From positions 16,319 to 80,318 of the forward strand of contig DATLKM010000222.1 in assembly GCA_035538435.1 (NCBI GenBank): a DNA stretch of 64,000 nt, written 5' to 3'. Of the stretch, positions 30,315 to 39,669 are shown piece after piece (position 1 is the first letter of the stretch; the number at the start of each line of letters is the position of its first letter). This DNA is from Candidatus Binatia bacterium (GTDB taxonomy: Bacteria > Acidobacteriota > Terriglobia > Terriglobales > Acidobacteriaceae). The notes beneath the pieces were generated by a model, which saw only the letters and a program-made list of their open reading frames with translations, ran no database searches and was not told the origin of the DNA. The translations under genes were made by a program, and so were the position numbers.

Positions 30315-30701
30315 GGGGGCGTCACGGCTTCGACGGAGATGCTTGCGGCCAGGAGGCATGCCGGGGCGCACACACCCGTAATCGCGTGCAAAATGATAAT
30401 TGCCAATCAAACAATGGCATACGCAGCCTAATTAGTTAGGCAGCCGTCCCAGGAGGCTTTGCCCGCGGGCCTCCGAAGGACGTCGCACAGTGGGCCGCTC
30501 TTCGCTGCTACGTCTGGGCAGCGAGGCTAAGATCACAGGCTAGCGGCTGGCGTTTCTTGTCCGTTCTGAGCGCGCAGCCGCGAACGTCCTGGGGGAAGCG
30601 CCGCAAGGCGCCAAACGCCCGGGGCATGAACCGGAATAAGCATGTAGTCTCCTGACCAGTAACGTTTTCGGACGCGGGTTCGACTCCCGCCGCCTCCACC
30701 A
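30315..30701 (+). ncRNA. ssrA: tmRNA (transfer-messenger RNA)
   Basis: 5' GGGGGCG pairs with 3' CGCCTCC-ACCA, including the G3:U identity pair. T-arm GCGGGTTCGACTCCCGC. Tag reading frame GCC AAT CAA ACA ATG GCA TAC GCA GCC TAA (30402-30431) encodes ANQTMAYAA. Confidence 0.9.
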
Positions 30702-30790
30702 CTATATCTAGTTGATTATAAACAGTTTATAAAAACATAGGGAAAATCGTACAATAAACGTACAATGGATTCGGCAAAGGGGCCGAATTC

Positions 30791-32005
30791 ATGCTCTCTG
30801 TTTACTCCCGCCACTACCCTCCCTGCACGTCCGACGACATCAACTACAGGCGTTGTCGCTGCCCGAAATGGGTCAATGGGGTCTTGGGGGCAGACGGTCC
30901 GTTCATTCGTCGTAGTGCGAAAACTCGAAGCTGGGAGAAGGCAGAGGAATTTAGGCGGCAACTGGAAGCTGGCTATGAGTCAAGGCAAAACGTCGAAGCT
31001 GACGCAATTGTCGCAACGTCTGAGCCGGTAAGTGCGAAAGATGCTGTTGATCGCTTCATCAAAACCAAACGCAATGAGAATCTTGCGGAGTCAACGATCG
31101 ACAAGCTCAAAACGATTTTTGAGAAGCAATTTCTTTCTTGGGCTAACGCAGCAAGACTCAAAAATCTTAACGACATCACAACTGTAGACCTGGAAGAATT
31201 TCGCGACACCTGGGAAGACGGGCCTCTCGCAAAGAAGAAAAAGCAGGAGCGAGTGATTGGATTCTTCTACTACTGCTTGCGACTGGGTTGGATAAAGTCC
31301 AATCCGGCTGTTTCGTTGGGGCGGATCAGAGCCGATGGACCTCCTACCGATTACTTTCCGAAGCATGAATTCGAACAGATTGTGGATGCCACATACGTTT
31401 ACCAGCCCAAAGGCTGGGTTGAGTGCAGAAATCAAGCGACGCGGCTCCGGATTCTCATTTGGTTGATGCGGTGGAGCGGACTCGCCATTCGAGATGCTGT
31501 CACGCTCGAGCGCCGGCGCCTGAATGACAAAGACGAGCTTTTCTTGTATCGCGCGAAAACCGGCAATCCCGTTTACGTTCCGCTTCCTCCGGACGTCGCG
31601 GAAGCGTTGCGGAATATCCCTCCTGGTCCCTGCCCGAATCCCCGCTATTTTTTCTGGTCTGGTAACGGATCGCCTAAATCCGTGGTTGGTAATTGGCAGC
31701 GGAGTTTCCGTCGGCTTTTCAAGATTGCGAACCTGCAGCGAGAGGACGGAACTCCAAAACGTTGCCATCCTCACATGCTCCGGGACACATTTGCAGTCGA
31801 AATGCTCCTCGCTGGCGTGCCTCTCGAACAGGTCTCCATTCTCCTTGGTCACAAGAGTGTGAAGATCACTGAAAAGCATTACGCACCTTGGGTGAAAGCT
31901 CGACAGGAAATGTTGGCTGCTAATGTTCGGAAGGCTTGGACAGTGCTTCGGGGTAGTGCTAAAAAGTCACGCCGCAAACAACCCGGGCGCGTGAAAACAG
32001 CGTGA
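30791..32005 (+). CDS. tyrosine recombinase / phage-type integrase
   Basis: Catalytic box HPHMLRDTFAVEMLLAGVPLEQVSILLGHKSVKITEKHY. Lies 90 bp downstream of the tmRNA 3' end. Confidence 0.9.
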   Translation: MLSVYSRHYPPCTSDDINYRRCRCPKWVNGVLGADGPFIRRSAKTRSWEKAEEFRRQLEAGYESRQNVEADAIVATSEPVSAKDAVDRFIKTKRNENLAESTIDKLKTIFEKQFLSWANAARLKNLNDITTVDLEEFRDTWEDGPLAKKKKQERVIGFFYYCLRLGWIKSNPAVSLGRIRADGPPTDYFPKHEFEQIVDATYVYQPKGWVECRNQATRLRILIWLMRWSGLAIRDAVTLERRRLNDKDELFLYRAKTGNPVYVPLPPDVAEALRNIPPGPCPNPRYFFWSGNGSPKSVVGNWQRSFRRLFKIANLQREDGTPKRCHPHMLRDTFAVEMLLAGVPLEQVSILLGHKSVKITEKHYAPWVKARQEMLAANVRKAWTVLRGSAKKSRRKQPGRVKTA

Positions 32006-32616
32006 AGCGATTAGCTGGCACGGCGGAGCTTTCGAATGTACGCGGAGCAAGACCGTCTCTGGCACTCTCAACGTGCGATAGCCTCGCTTATGGCGAGTTT
32101 CTGTGGAACCCCATTGAATCACTCCTGGTTCTCTTTCAAAGATCCTGCGGCGCGGAGGATTGCCTCAACTTCGCGCTTGGCAGCGGCCGCTGGGAGGGGG
32201 GCCGAAGGGGTACGCTTCCTGGCCGTGCATTAAAGAGGGAAATGGCAAATGAAAATGGCAAATGGACGCAGAAACTTGACCGCAACGTGCACAGTATTTT
32301 CGTTTATGGCTTCTAGCGTTTCGAGCGAAAACACCTGGGCGAAGTGCTAACGTAACGGTGACGGGCTATGGAATGCGTACCCGCAGCGTAAACCATTCGG
32401 TCGTCGGCGAATTTGATTGTGTCTGGCCCCCCAATTGTCTGCTGCGCTCGCCCCCGGAAAAACAATAGATATAGTCCCGATCGACGATCAGCAGTAAGTC
32501 TCAATTTCGACTCGCCGTGCTAAGCTCTAGGTACCGGAGTACGGAAGTTTACCGGGGTCTGTAAGCACCCGACACGTTGGGAGACTCCGAGAGGGGGCTT
32601 CCCACTCCGGCTACAT

Positions 32617-32781
32617 ATGGTGAAAAACGACACACCAAATCCAGCTCCCGCCCGACCATGGCCTGAGATTGCCCAAGAACTCGCCAAGGAAACGAACTCG
32701 GAGCGTGTTCTAGAATTGTCGGAAGAACTGGCTCGTGCCCTGAATGAGCAGGTGGCAGCAACTGGCCGCCTCAAGCAATAA
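32617..32781 (+). CDS. small helical protein (54 aa, below ORF-track cutoff)
   Basis: Manual translation gives MVKNDTPNPAPARPWPEIAQELAKETNSERVLELSEELARALNEQVAATGRLKQ. It is more protein-like than the Arg/Ser-rich antisense ORFs listed here. Confidence 0.3.
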   Translation: MVKNDTPNPAPARPWPEIAQELAKETNSERVLELSEELARALNEQVAATGRLKQ

Positions 32782-34117
32782 GTGCTCCCGCGAAGAATTC
32801 CTTTTTAGCGGAAGTGCGCGTGCCGTTTCCATCTTCAAAGCGGCAAGTAGACTGTCATGCTTACGAAGATTCCGCGAACTTTGGTCTCAGCCACGCCGCC
32901 GGCATGATTTCTTCCGCCGAAACCAGCGTCCCGGTCGCCGACCTTGTGGTTCACTCGCAATATAGGAGCTGGGGATCTTCGGCTCTCGGCATCCCCGGCT
33001 GAGAACAACGAGTTGGTGGAGGATCTCCCTTCGTCGTCTTCGACGTGCCAAAAACGCGTCGGTTTCAAACCTCTCTATTCTTGCTTTCCGGAGATATGTA
33101 CAATCCCAGTATTCGATTGCTCGTAATTCGGCGCACAACTTCTCCAAGGCAGTTACTCGGTCAGTGTCCATGTCCCTCCAAATCTTTGGCCAAGCTCAAT
33201 ATTGCGTTCTGAGCGACGAATATTCCTGTCGCGGTGGAAACCTAGGATGCTTCGAGCGGTCTTCCTTATCGCCACTAATTCGCACGGTTCCTGTCGAAGC
33301 CTCGGCGAGGAGGCACGCCCTTACTTGAGCAATACCCACACTTTACCATCACTCTTCTAACGGATGAAAGACCTTGAAGACAGATGAGCGCACCTTGCGG
33401 GCCAAACTATTTGATTGAAGAAAAAGCACTTCAGCAGAGGAAAAGTGCCGGGTTTCAGAATCCGTGCCGATATTTCGGCACCTTCTCGGGTTGAAAAGGG
33501 GGCTAGAGCAAGCCCTGTGATACCAGCCTCGACACGATGAGACATTCCTAAATCCGAACGCTGCAGCATAAACTGGCCCGCCCCTGAAGTAGGTCGTCGA
33601 CGGCCAAAGATGAATCACCAGATGTCCGCCTCGACTCCCTCAGCACACAATATTCACATGGAGGACTAGTGCCGGCAGCATTCATTGGCAAATCAGAAGC
33701 CCAAGGGGCGGCTCTCAGCCAGCGGTATCCAGTTTCACAACCTCGCGGACCTTCAGCTCAAGGTCACAAGCCGGGGCGCTCATCGAGGGTGTTTCCGTGG
33801 GGAACCGAGCAACTGAACTTGCACCAGCGAAGTTCCGCTCTGCTCGCTTCTCCACCAGCGGCCCGCATCTCAAGTAAATCGCGTATCGACAGATCGCATT
33901 CGTCACGCCGCGTGGCATCGCGGCATCGAAAACATCTCAATAGGGGACCGAAGTTGCAAAGCGCATCAAAATCATCGTGACCTGAGCTGCCTATCTGAAA
34001 AGAGGCTCTCCCAAGCGCACCCCAGATATTAAGTTGAGACCGCCGGATCATATCAGCCCAGATCTAGGGGCGAGAGACCAGCCGAAATTTGCCTGACGCT
34101 TAGTTATCCTCCATTTT

Positions 34118-35686
34118 TCAGGAAACCGAGGCCTCCCGATTTCCGTCAGCCCTGGTGTCGGCCCGCAGGTGTCGCAAGACTGCGAGCAAATCCGAGATCC
34201 TGGTCAGTGGGCGAGCGGATTTCCAACGCTCATCGTTCTGTCCTGGACGAATCGTCAAGCGGGAATACCGGAGTCTGTCGAATACCTGAAGCGCTTCGAC
34301 GGCATCGTTCGTTCGATTGAGGAAGGCCACAACGGCTGCCCGCTTCCGCTCAGCTTTAGGCACGTCTATACGCCAGCAATTGACGTTGGCGTCTGGGTCG
34401 TGGCGCGCGAGTACAACGGCAACTAGGAGCCCCGACCTCCGGTACCGGAGAAGTGACCTGAACCGCCCGCCCTTCCGCGCCACCTCAAGCTGAGTCGGAA
34501 AAACGTCAGTCAAATCCTTTATCAGAGCACTACGGATCAGAATCCCTCGCAACCGGTTGCTGGCCTGCGTTAACACTTCGGGCGTAAGGCAACCAAGCTG
34601 CCGATAGACGTTCAAAAGCCCACCAAATCGGGTGCAGTAGGTAGTCAAACTCGGACAACTTCGAGAGGCGTCGATGATCTTACCTGAAAGCTTGCCGTTA
34701 TGACGCAGCAGCAACGGCTTCAAACGTTCAAGCAGCTGCCCGTTACTGAGATTGTGCGTGAAGTTCTCAAATCTGGCTTGCGCTCGTTTGAAGAGTTCGG
34801 GTGAAACAATCGGATCAAGAGCGTGTCCACAAACTACCCACTGTTCCTCCGGCAATTTCCTGACTGGTCCCGAGAGGTATTCCGTTGTACGACCCCAGAC
34901 TTGAGTGCCGATGTATTTCGGGTTTTTCAGGAGGTTGGTAATTGTACAAACAGTCCACGCGTGCCCGGTTGTAAAAGCTACGTTTTCAGCATTCAGACTT
35001 CTTGCAATCGCCGTCAGTCCTTTTCCTTCGTCCGCGAATTCTCTAAAAATACGCTGTACGATTGCCACTTCTTCGGCCGGCCCCGGTACCAGAATCACTC
35101 GGTCATGCGAGATGCTCTTTCGCTCGCGGTAGGCCAGCAACTGCTTTGGCGTGCCATTGGCATCCAGCAGTTGCCGGCGCAGGCCGAAAGGAGCATAGCC
35201 ACCCGTCTTGAATCCCAGCTTTGCCAACCGGAGTAACCCGGCTCTGACCTTAACCGAGAGTTCCCTGCTGTATTCACCGGCCATTGTGCGCTTTAGTGCT
35301 TTCAGAATCAGTCCCGCCGGGCTGTTATCGTTCGTGAATTGCTCGGCGCAGTAATACACGGGAATTCCTGACGATTTGCACAGATATTCGTAATGCGCCG
35401 CTTCATCCGCGTCCTGAAATCGTCCCCATCGGCTGACGTCGTAGACCAGAATCGCTTGGAAGGAAACCTTCCCTTCAACGACTTCTTTCAACAGCTGTTT
35501 CAATCCCGCGCGGTTTCGGAGCCGTAAACCGCTCTTGGCGGGATCGGAATACGTTTTAACCACGCAGTAGCCTTGATCGGAGGCGTAACGCCCAATTGCA
35601 TCCGCTTGATTTTGCATTGAATACTGTTGGTGGTCTGTAGACATGCGAAGATACTGAGCAGCAGGAATCGTGAGCTTTGCGGTCAT
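34118..35686 (-). CDS. large serine recombinase
   Basis: Resolvase-type catalytic domain AAQYLRMSTDHQQYSMQNQ...ILVYDVSRWGRF plus a long recombinase C-terminal region. 522 aa. Confidence 0.9.
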   Translation of the reverse strand: MTAKLTIPAAQYLRMSTDHQQYSMQNQADAIGRYASDQGYCVVKTYSDPAKSGLRLRNRAGLKQLLKEVVEGKVSFQAILVYDVSRWGRFQDADEAAHYEYLCKSSGIPVYYCAEQFTNDNSPAGLILKALKRTMAGEYSRELSVKVRAGLLRLAKLGFKTGGYAPFGLRRQLLDANGTPKQLLAYRERKSISHDRVILVPGPAEEVAIVQRIFREFADEGKGLTAIARSLNAENVAFTTGHAWTVCTITNLLKNPKYIGTQVWGRTTEYLSGPVRKLPEEQWVVCGHALDPIVSPELFKRAQARFENFTHNLSNGQLLERLKPLLLRHNGKLSGKIIDASRSCPSLTTYCTRFGGLLNVYRQLGCLTPEVLTQASNRLRGILIRSALIKDLTDVFPTQLEVARKGGRFRSLLRYRRSGLLVAVVLARHDPDANVNCWRIDVPKAERKRAAVVAFLNRTNDAVEALQVFDRLRYSRLTIRPGQNDERWKSARPLTRISDLLAVLRHLRADTRADGNREASVS

Positions 35687-35801
35687 TGTGCCCTCCTGCG
35701 TTCGCCTATCGGCCCGAATTCTGGAAACTTTAGAAGGTCATCTTCACAAGACGCCGTGCTATCCGTCTTCGGAACGAAAGCCGCTATTGGGAGCTAACCA
35801 T

Positions 35802-37448
35802 ATGGCAAACAAAATCGCGTCTTCGCATGCGTCCGAGCGCGTTGGAAAAAGCCAGACTCCGTCGGTTCAGGAAGTTATTCCAGCTGCTCAATACGTTCGG
35901 ATGTCGGATGAAAGCCAGCGCTATTCGCTCGAGAATCAAAAAGCCGCAATTCAGGAATATGCTTCCCGCCACGGCTTTGCGGTAATCAAGACTTACGCTG
36001 ATCGGGGAAAGAGCGGGGTGGTTGCGAAACGGAGAAAAGGGCTGGCCCAATTGTTGCAGGACGTTGTGGCGGGAAAACCTGCGTACAAGGCGATCTTGGT
36101 TTATGACGTGAGCAGGTGGGGTCGGTTTCCAAACAACGATGAAGCCGCGCACTATGAGTTCCTGTGCTTTAATTCAGGGATACCGCTGCACTATTGCGCC
36201 GAGCCATTCAATAATGATGGTACGGCGATGAGCGCTTTGCTCAAGGCGCTCAAAAGAAGCATGGCAGCCGAGTTCAGCCGAGAACTCAGCGAGAAGGAGT
36301 TTCGCGGCAAGAGCCTGCTGGCAGAACTCGGGTTTTGGGTAGGAGGGTTGCCTCCTTACGGTTACCGGCGACTGATGATATCGGCCGGCGGTAGTCCAAA
36401 ACGAGCTCTAGACCGCGGCGAGCAGAAGAGCTTGAAGACAGACAGGGTCGTCCTAACCCCGGGACCTCCTGACCAGGTCGAATGCGTCCGCTTGATTTTT
36501 TCCATGGCACTTGAAGGAGAAAGTTGCCGTTCGATCGCCTGCAAGCTCAACGAACGCGGCATCACCCACTTTGGGAGACCGTGGTTGCATGGCGCCGTCT
36601 ATCAGATTTTGAAGAATCCACTTTTTGCCGGATGCAATGTCTGGAACCGCACATCAACCCGGATGAGGACCACCCTGAGAAAGATTCCGAGTCAAGAATG
36701 GATCACCAAACCGCATGCATTCCAGCCGCTCATTGACCAAACGACTTTTGACCGGGTTCAGATGATTTTGCCTTTAAGTCCTCAGCGTATCTCAAATGGG
36801 GTAATCCTGAAGAAAGTTAGACGCTTACTGCAAATCAAAGGGTACCTCAGCGGCGAACTTCTCAATAACGCCGGCGGTTTGCCGTCGTTGAGATCGCTCA
36901 AAGACCGGTTCGGGACTTGCAGAGAACTCTATCGGAAAGTAGGCTACAAGATCTCTGCGTTCCAAGAGTTGCGGAGCGAGCGCCTGACACGCTCGATTCG
37001 CCTGAGACGCGCACTCATGGAGCAAATCACGAATCTGTTTCCTTCCCATGTGACGGTCTCCCGCCTTCCAAACCAAAAGCGGTCAGTCTTGGTTGTTGAC
37101 GCTCAATTCGTGGTTTCAGTTCTTTTTTGCAGTCCGATAAAACGTCGCGGCAAATACGTCTGGTTTGTCGAACCGAACCCCGCCGAGAAAAACAGCATCA
37201 CTCTGCTCTGTCCGGTGAAACGCTCGCACGACCGCGTGTTGGCCTATTTCGTTTTTCCGCGATTGAATGGATTCAGCACCCATTGCATGTTTAGGAATGA
37301 TCCATTTCTTAAAGAGGCCGTTCGCCTTCGCGAACTCTCGCAGTTCTATTCGATAGTGAAGGCAATTCGCACGGAGAACTTGGGCGACCTTTGTCTGCAA
37401 ACCCCTTCCAACCTGTGCCTGCAGCCAGCCAAGCCGTCTTCGCCATGA
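35802..37448 (+). CDS. large serine recombinase (paralog of 34118-35686)
   Basis: AAQYVRMSDESQRYSLENQ...ILVYDVSRWGRFPNNDEAAHYEFLC. Start trimmed to ATG 35802 (MANKIASS) because the track start at 35670 would overlap the divergent paralog. Confidence 0.9.
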   Translation: MANKIASSHASERVGKSQTPSVQEVIPAAQYVRMSDESQRYSLENQKAAIQEYASRHGFAVIKTYADRGKSGVVAKRRKGLAQLLQDVVAGKPAYKAILVYDVSRWGRFPNNDEAAHYEFLCFNSGIPLHYCAEPFNNDGTAMSALLKALKRSMAAEFSRELSEKEFRGKSLLAELGFWVGGLPPYGYRRLMISAGGSPKRALDRGEQKSLKTDRVVLTPGPPDQVECVRLIFSMALEGESCRSIACKLNERGITHFGRPWLHGAVYQILKNPLFAGCNVWNRTSTRMRTTLRKIPSQEWITKPHAFQPLIDQTTFDRVQMILPLSPQRISNGVILKKVRRLLQIKGYLSGELLNNAGGLPSLRSLKDRFGTCRELYRKVGYKISAFQELRSERLTRSIRLRRALMEQITNLFPSHVTVSRLPNQKRSVLVVDAQFVVSVLFCSPIKRRGKYVWFVEPNPAEKNSITLLCPVKRSHDRVLAYFVFPRLNGFSTHCMFRNDPFLKEAVRLRELSQFYSIVKAIRTENLGDLCLQTPSNLCLQPAKPSSP

Positions 37449-38400
37449 TGCCGTCGAGGGCTCACGACAGTCATTTTTCCTGAACCGAAGCGGCTGCAGG
37501 ATATAGCGACGATCGCTTACAACCAGCCTACTACTCGATTCCTGGGGGTTCAGCTTTCCATTGGCGGAGAAACACACTATGGGTGAGTCCACTTGCGAAC
37601 TGAATGCTATGACGGCAGAGGCTTTGTCACTGGAACCGTGACCGACTACGCCTTCAATACCAGGACGAATGAGCAAATTCGAGCCGGCCAGTTGTAGATC
37701 AAGGAGCATATAGGCCAGCCGAAGCCTCTCAAGGTACGTTAGGTAGATTGGGTGCCGGTTGCATGGCACTGCAGCTCTGGCGGCGATAAGGGAACCGAAC
37801 GGCGCGTTGCCTAAGAGCTTTTTGGAAATTCCCCTGCGAGTACGCTTCGCAAACATTCGCAACTCTCGGCTAACTCGAGTCATTTGGATGACGCCCCGCT
37901 GCAGGTATGCACCACGGAGCCTTTACGAGGAGATCGCTGAGTTTCGTTTTTCGTATCCAAAGCCGTTGGTGGAGGAACCGAATAGACTGAGCCTCGGGCC
38001 CGTCGGGCCCCGCTGCCGGTGACTTTGCTTGCGTCGACGCGTGGATATCCAGCTCTCGAAAGCAGTCGGTGTCTAAGAACTGCTATCCGATGCCGAACCG
38101 GGTTTTGGAGCAGCACGAAGGGCCGGTTTTACGAATCACGAACAGCTTAAATCGGACAGGCCCTTTAGAAACAGAGATCCTAGTGACGATTCAAAGCTCG
38201 GAGCCGTTGCTGACATTGAGATTTGTTCGGATTTCGTAACAAATGAGATTTTATCCTTGACAGCGATCAGCCCGAAAAGCATAATGCGTCCGTTTCCCGA
38301 GCAGCCTGCCTTTATTCCGCTTCCCCTGGCGCTAACAGGCAGGCTTGCAGAGATCTCTTCGACGCTAAATCCGCCCGTGTCAGAGATGTAATCGCAAAGC

Positions 38401-39024
38401 ATGAGCAATGCATCCCCCCAAGGCCTGTCTGACAAGTTCGCCCACTGGATGGCCTTGTACGCGGCGTATTTGTTTTTAGCAGGTTGGGGGTATCTGAGAA
38501 ACTTCTTTTGGGTGTTCGGTGTAGATGCAGGCTGGCTGGATCTCGGTGTGAACGATACGATTGCGCAAGGGTTTTCCGTATTGTTCGGCACGGGATGGCT
38601 CCTATCCGCCGTGTATTTGCTTGTTTTTTTCCTTTCGCTGGCAACAGAAGTGTGGTGGAGCACTCACGGCAAGAAGCTGGATACGTTCGTGGCCGTAGTA
38701 TTGGTTCTTCTCTTTCCCGTCACATTTTGGGTTGCCAGATGTGCCGGAATCGCCCAAGCCAATAAAGACCGGAGTGATAAGACTTCTCTGCCCACGATCA
38801 CTTTCACGTCGAGTAAGTGCAGCTATCGCGGCAAAGTCGTATACATCAAGAGCGAGGCGCTCTATGTTTTTGATTTGGCGTATTTGGAAGTACCGCAAAA
38901 ACCAGACGAGTGCCGGTTCGATCTCAGCGGGGTTTCAGCCGCGGTCCCGCAGCTTTGGTTGATGAGAGCGCCCGACATGAGCGATGTACGAGTCGTTCAT
39001 TACGCAAAGGAGGCCATACCATGA
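38401..39024 (+). CDS. integral membrane protein (three hydrophobic segments), first gene of the secretin-like module
   Basis: Hydrophobic segments HWMALYAAYLFLAGWGYL, FGTGWLLSAVYLLVFFLSL and FVAVVLVLLFPVTFWV, followed by a soluble C-terminal approx 80 aa. Confidence 0.6.
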   Translation: MSNASPQGLSDKFAHWMALYAAYLFLAGWGYLRNFFWVFGVDAGWLDLGVNDTIAQGFSVLFGTGWLLSAVYLLVFFLSLATEVWWSTHGKKLDTFVAVVLVLLFPVTFWVARCAGIAQANKDRSDKTSLPTITFTSSKCSYRGKVVYIKSEALYVFDLAYLEVPQKPDECRFDLSGVSAAVPQLWLMRAPDMSDVRVVHYAKEAIP

Positions 39025-39425
39025 CGGCCAGGTTGAACGCATCAGCCGTAGTTTTTCTGTCGGTCTTGTTACCACTCATTTTCCCCTGTCATGCGTTTTC
39101 CGACATTCTGTTCCGGGCGAAGCAGCCAGTCAAAATCGGACACGGCACTCAGGACGGTGCGAAAATCCATTGGACCGACTGTTCGGGGCAGAACCCCGAA
39201 GATTTTGAAGCACCTCCCTACTCTCTCGACTTGACGGAAAATTGCTCCGTAGGTCCCCCCGCGTTCGGATTGGATTGCAAGGGCGAGTATTGCACCGTGG
39301 TCGACAGCAGCAGACTGCAGAGATACATGCCAGGCGTGGGCAATGGCGAGAAAGTGTATCTCAATATTCAAGCGCACGGGGTGGACATCCGATCCACGGC
39401 GGGAACCATTCATCTGGAAAAGTAG
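39021..39425 (+). CDS. small secreted protein (134 aa)
   Basis: ATG 39021 overlaps the upstream stop (ATGA) and is preceded by AAGGAGG. Signal peptide MTARLNASAVVFLSVLLPLIFPCHAF. Four Cys. Confidence 0.6.
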   Translation: MTARLNASAVVFLSVLLPLIFPCHAFSDILFRAKQPVKIGHGTQDGAKIHWTDCSGQNPEDFEAPPYSLDLTENCSVGPPAFGLDCKGEYCTVVDSSRLQRYMPGVGNGEKVYLNIQAHGVDIRSTAGTIHLEK

Positions 39426-39669
39426 GTTACATCCTTTTGCTGGCACTTCGACGTTCCCGTAAGTCTGCGCTGTGAATTGAGGTCTCGATGAGACCTGGTT
39501 CGGCTGTCATGACGGGGCGGCAAGCTTGAAACGGCAGCAGCGGGCAGCAGGCAACAAAGACGACTACGTCTCTCCGGTGCGGAGAAAAATTGCGATGTTT
39601 GAAGAAGCTCGTAGTCTGTCTCGGCAATTAAGAAACAGCCGACCTGAATGGATTGGTTTCGGAGATGCT

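Noticed and set aside
30508-30702. 64-aa minus-strand ORF.
   Set aside because: It lies entirely within the tmRNA gene (its T-arm and acceptor-stem region), so the RNA-gene interpretation explains the sequence.
32015-32034. TGGCAC motifs that could be sigma-54 -24 elements (also at 39440-39455 upstream of the secretin-like gene, and at 37764).
   Set aside because: No GC dinucleotide sits at the required 10-nt distance from the GG, so the -12 element is missing or mis-spaced.
33200-34117. Searched for an excisionase/AlpA-like small HTH gene or structured RNA between the integrase and the serine recombinases.
   Set aside because: The ORFs here (33349-33618, 33669-33980, 33764-34051) have skewed composition and no HTH pattern. 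Nothing could be supported.
37116-37883. 255-aa minus-strand ORF.
   Set aside because: Its last approx 110 codons run antisense through the 3' end of the well-supported serine recombinase gene. The remainder has no recognisable motif. At best a shorter unknown gene exists at 37450-37883, and I cannot support it.
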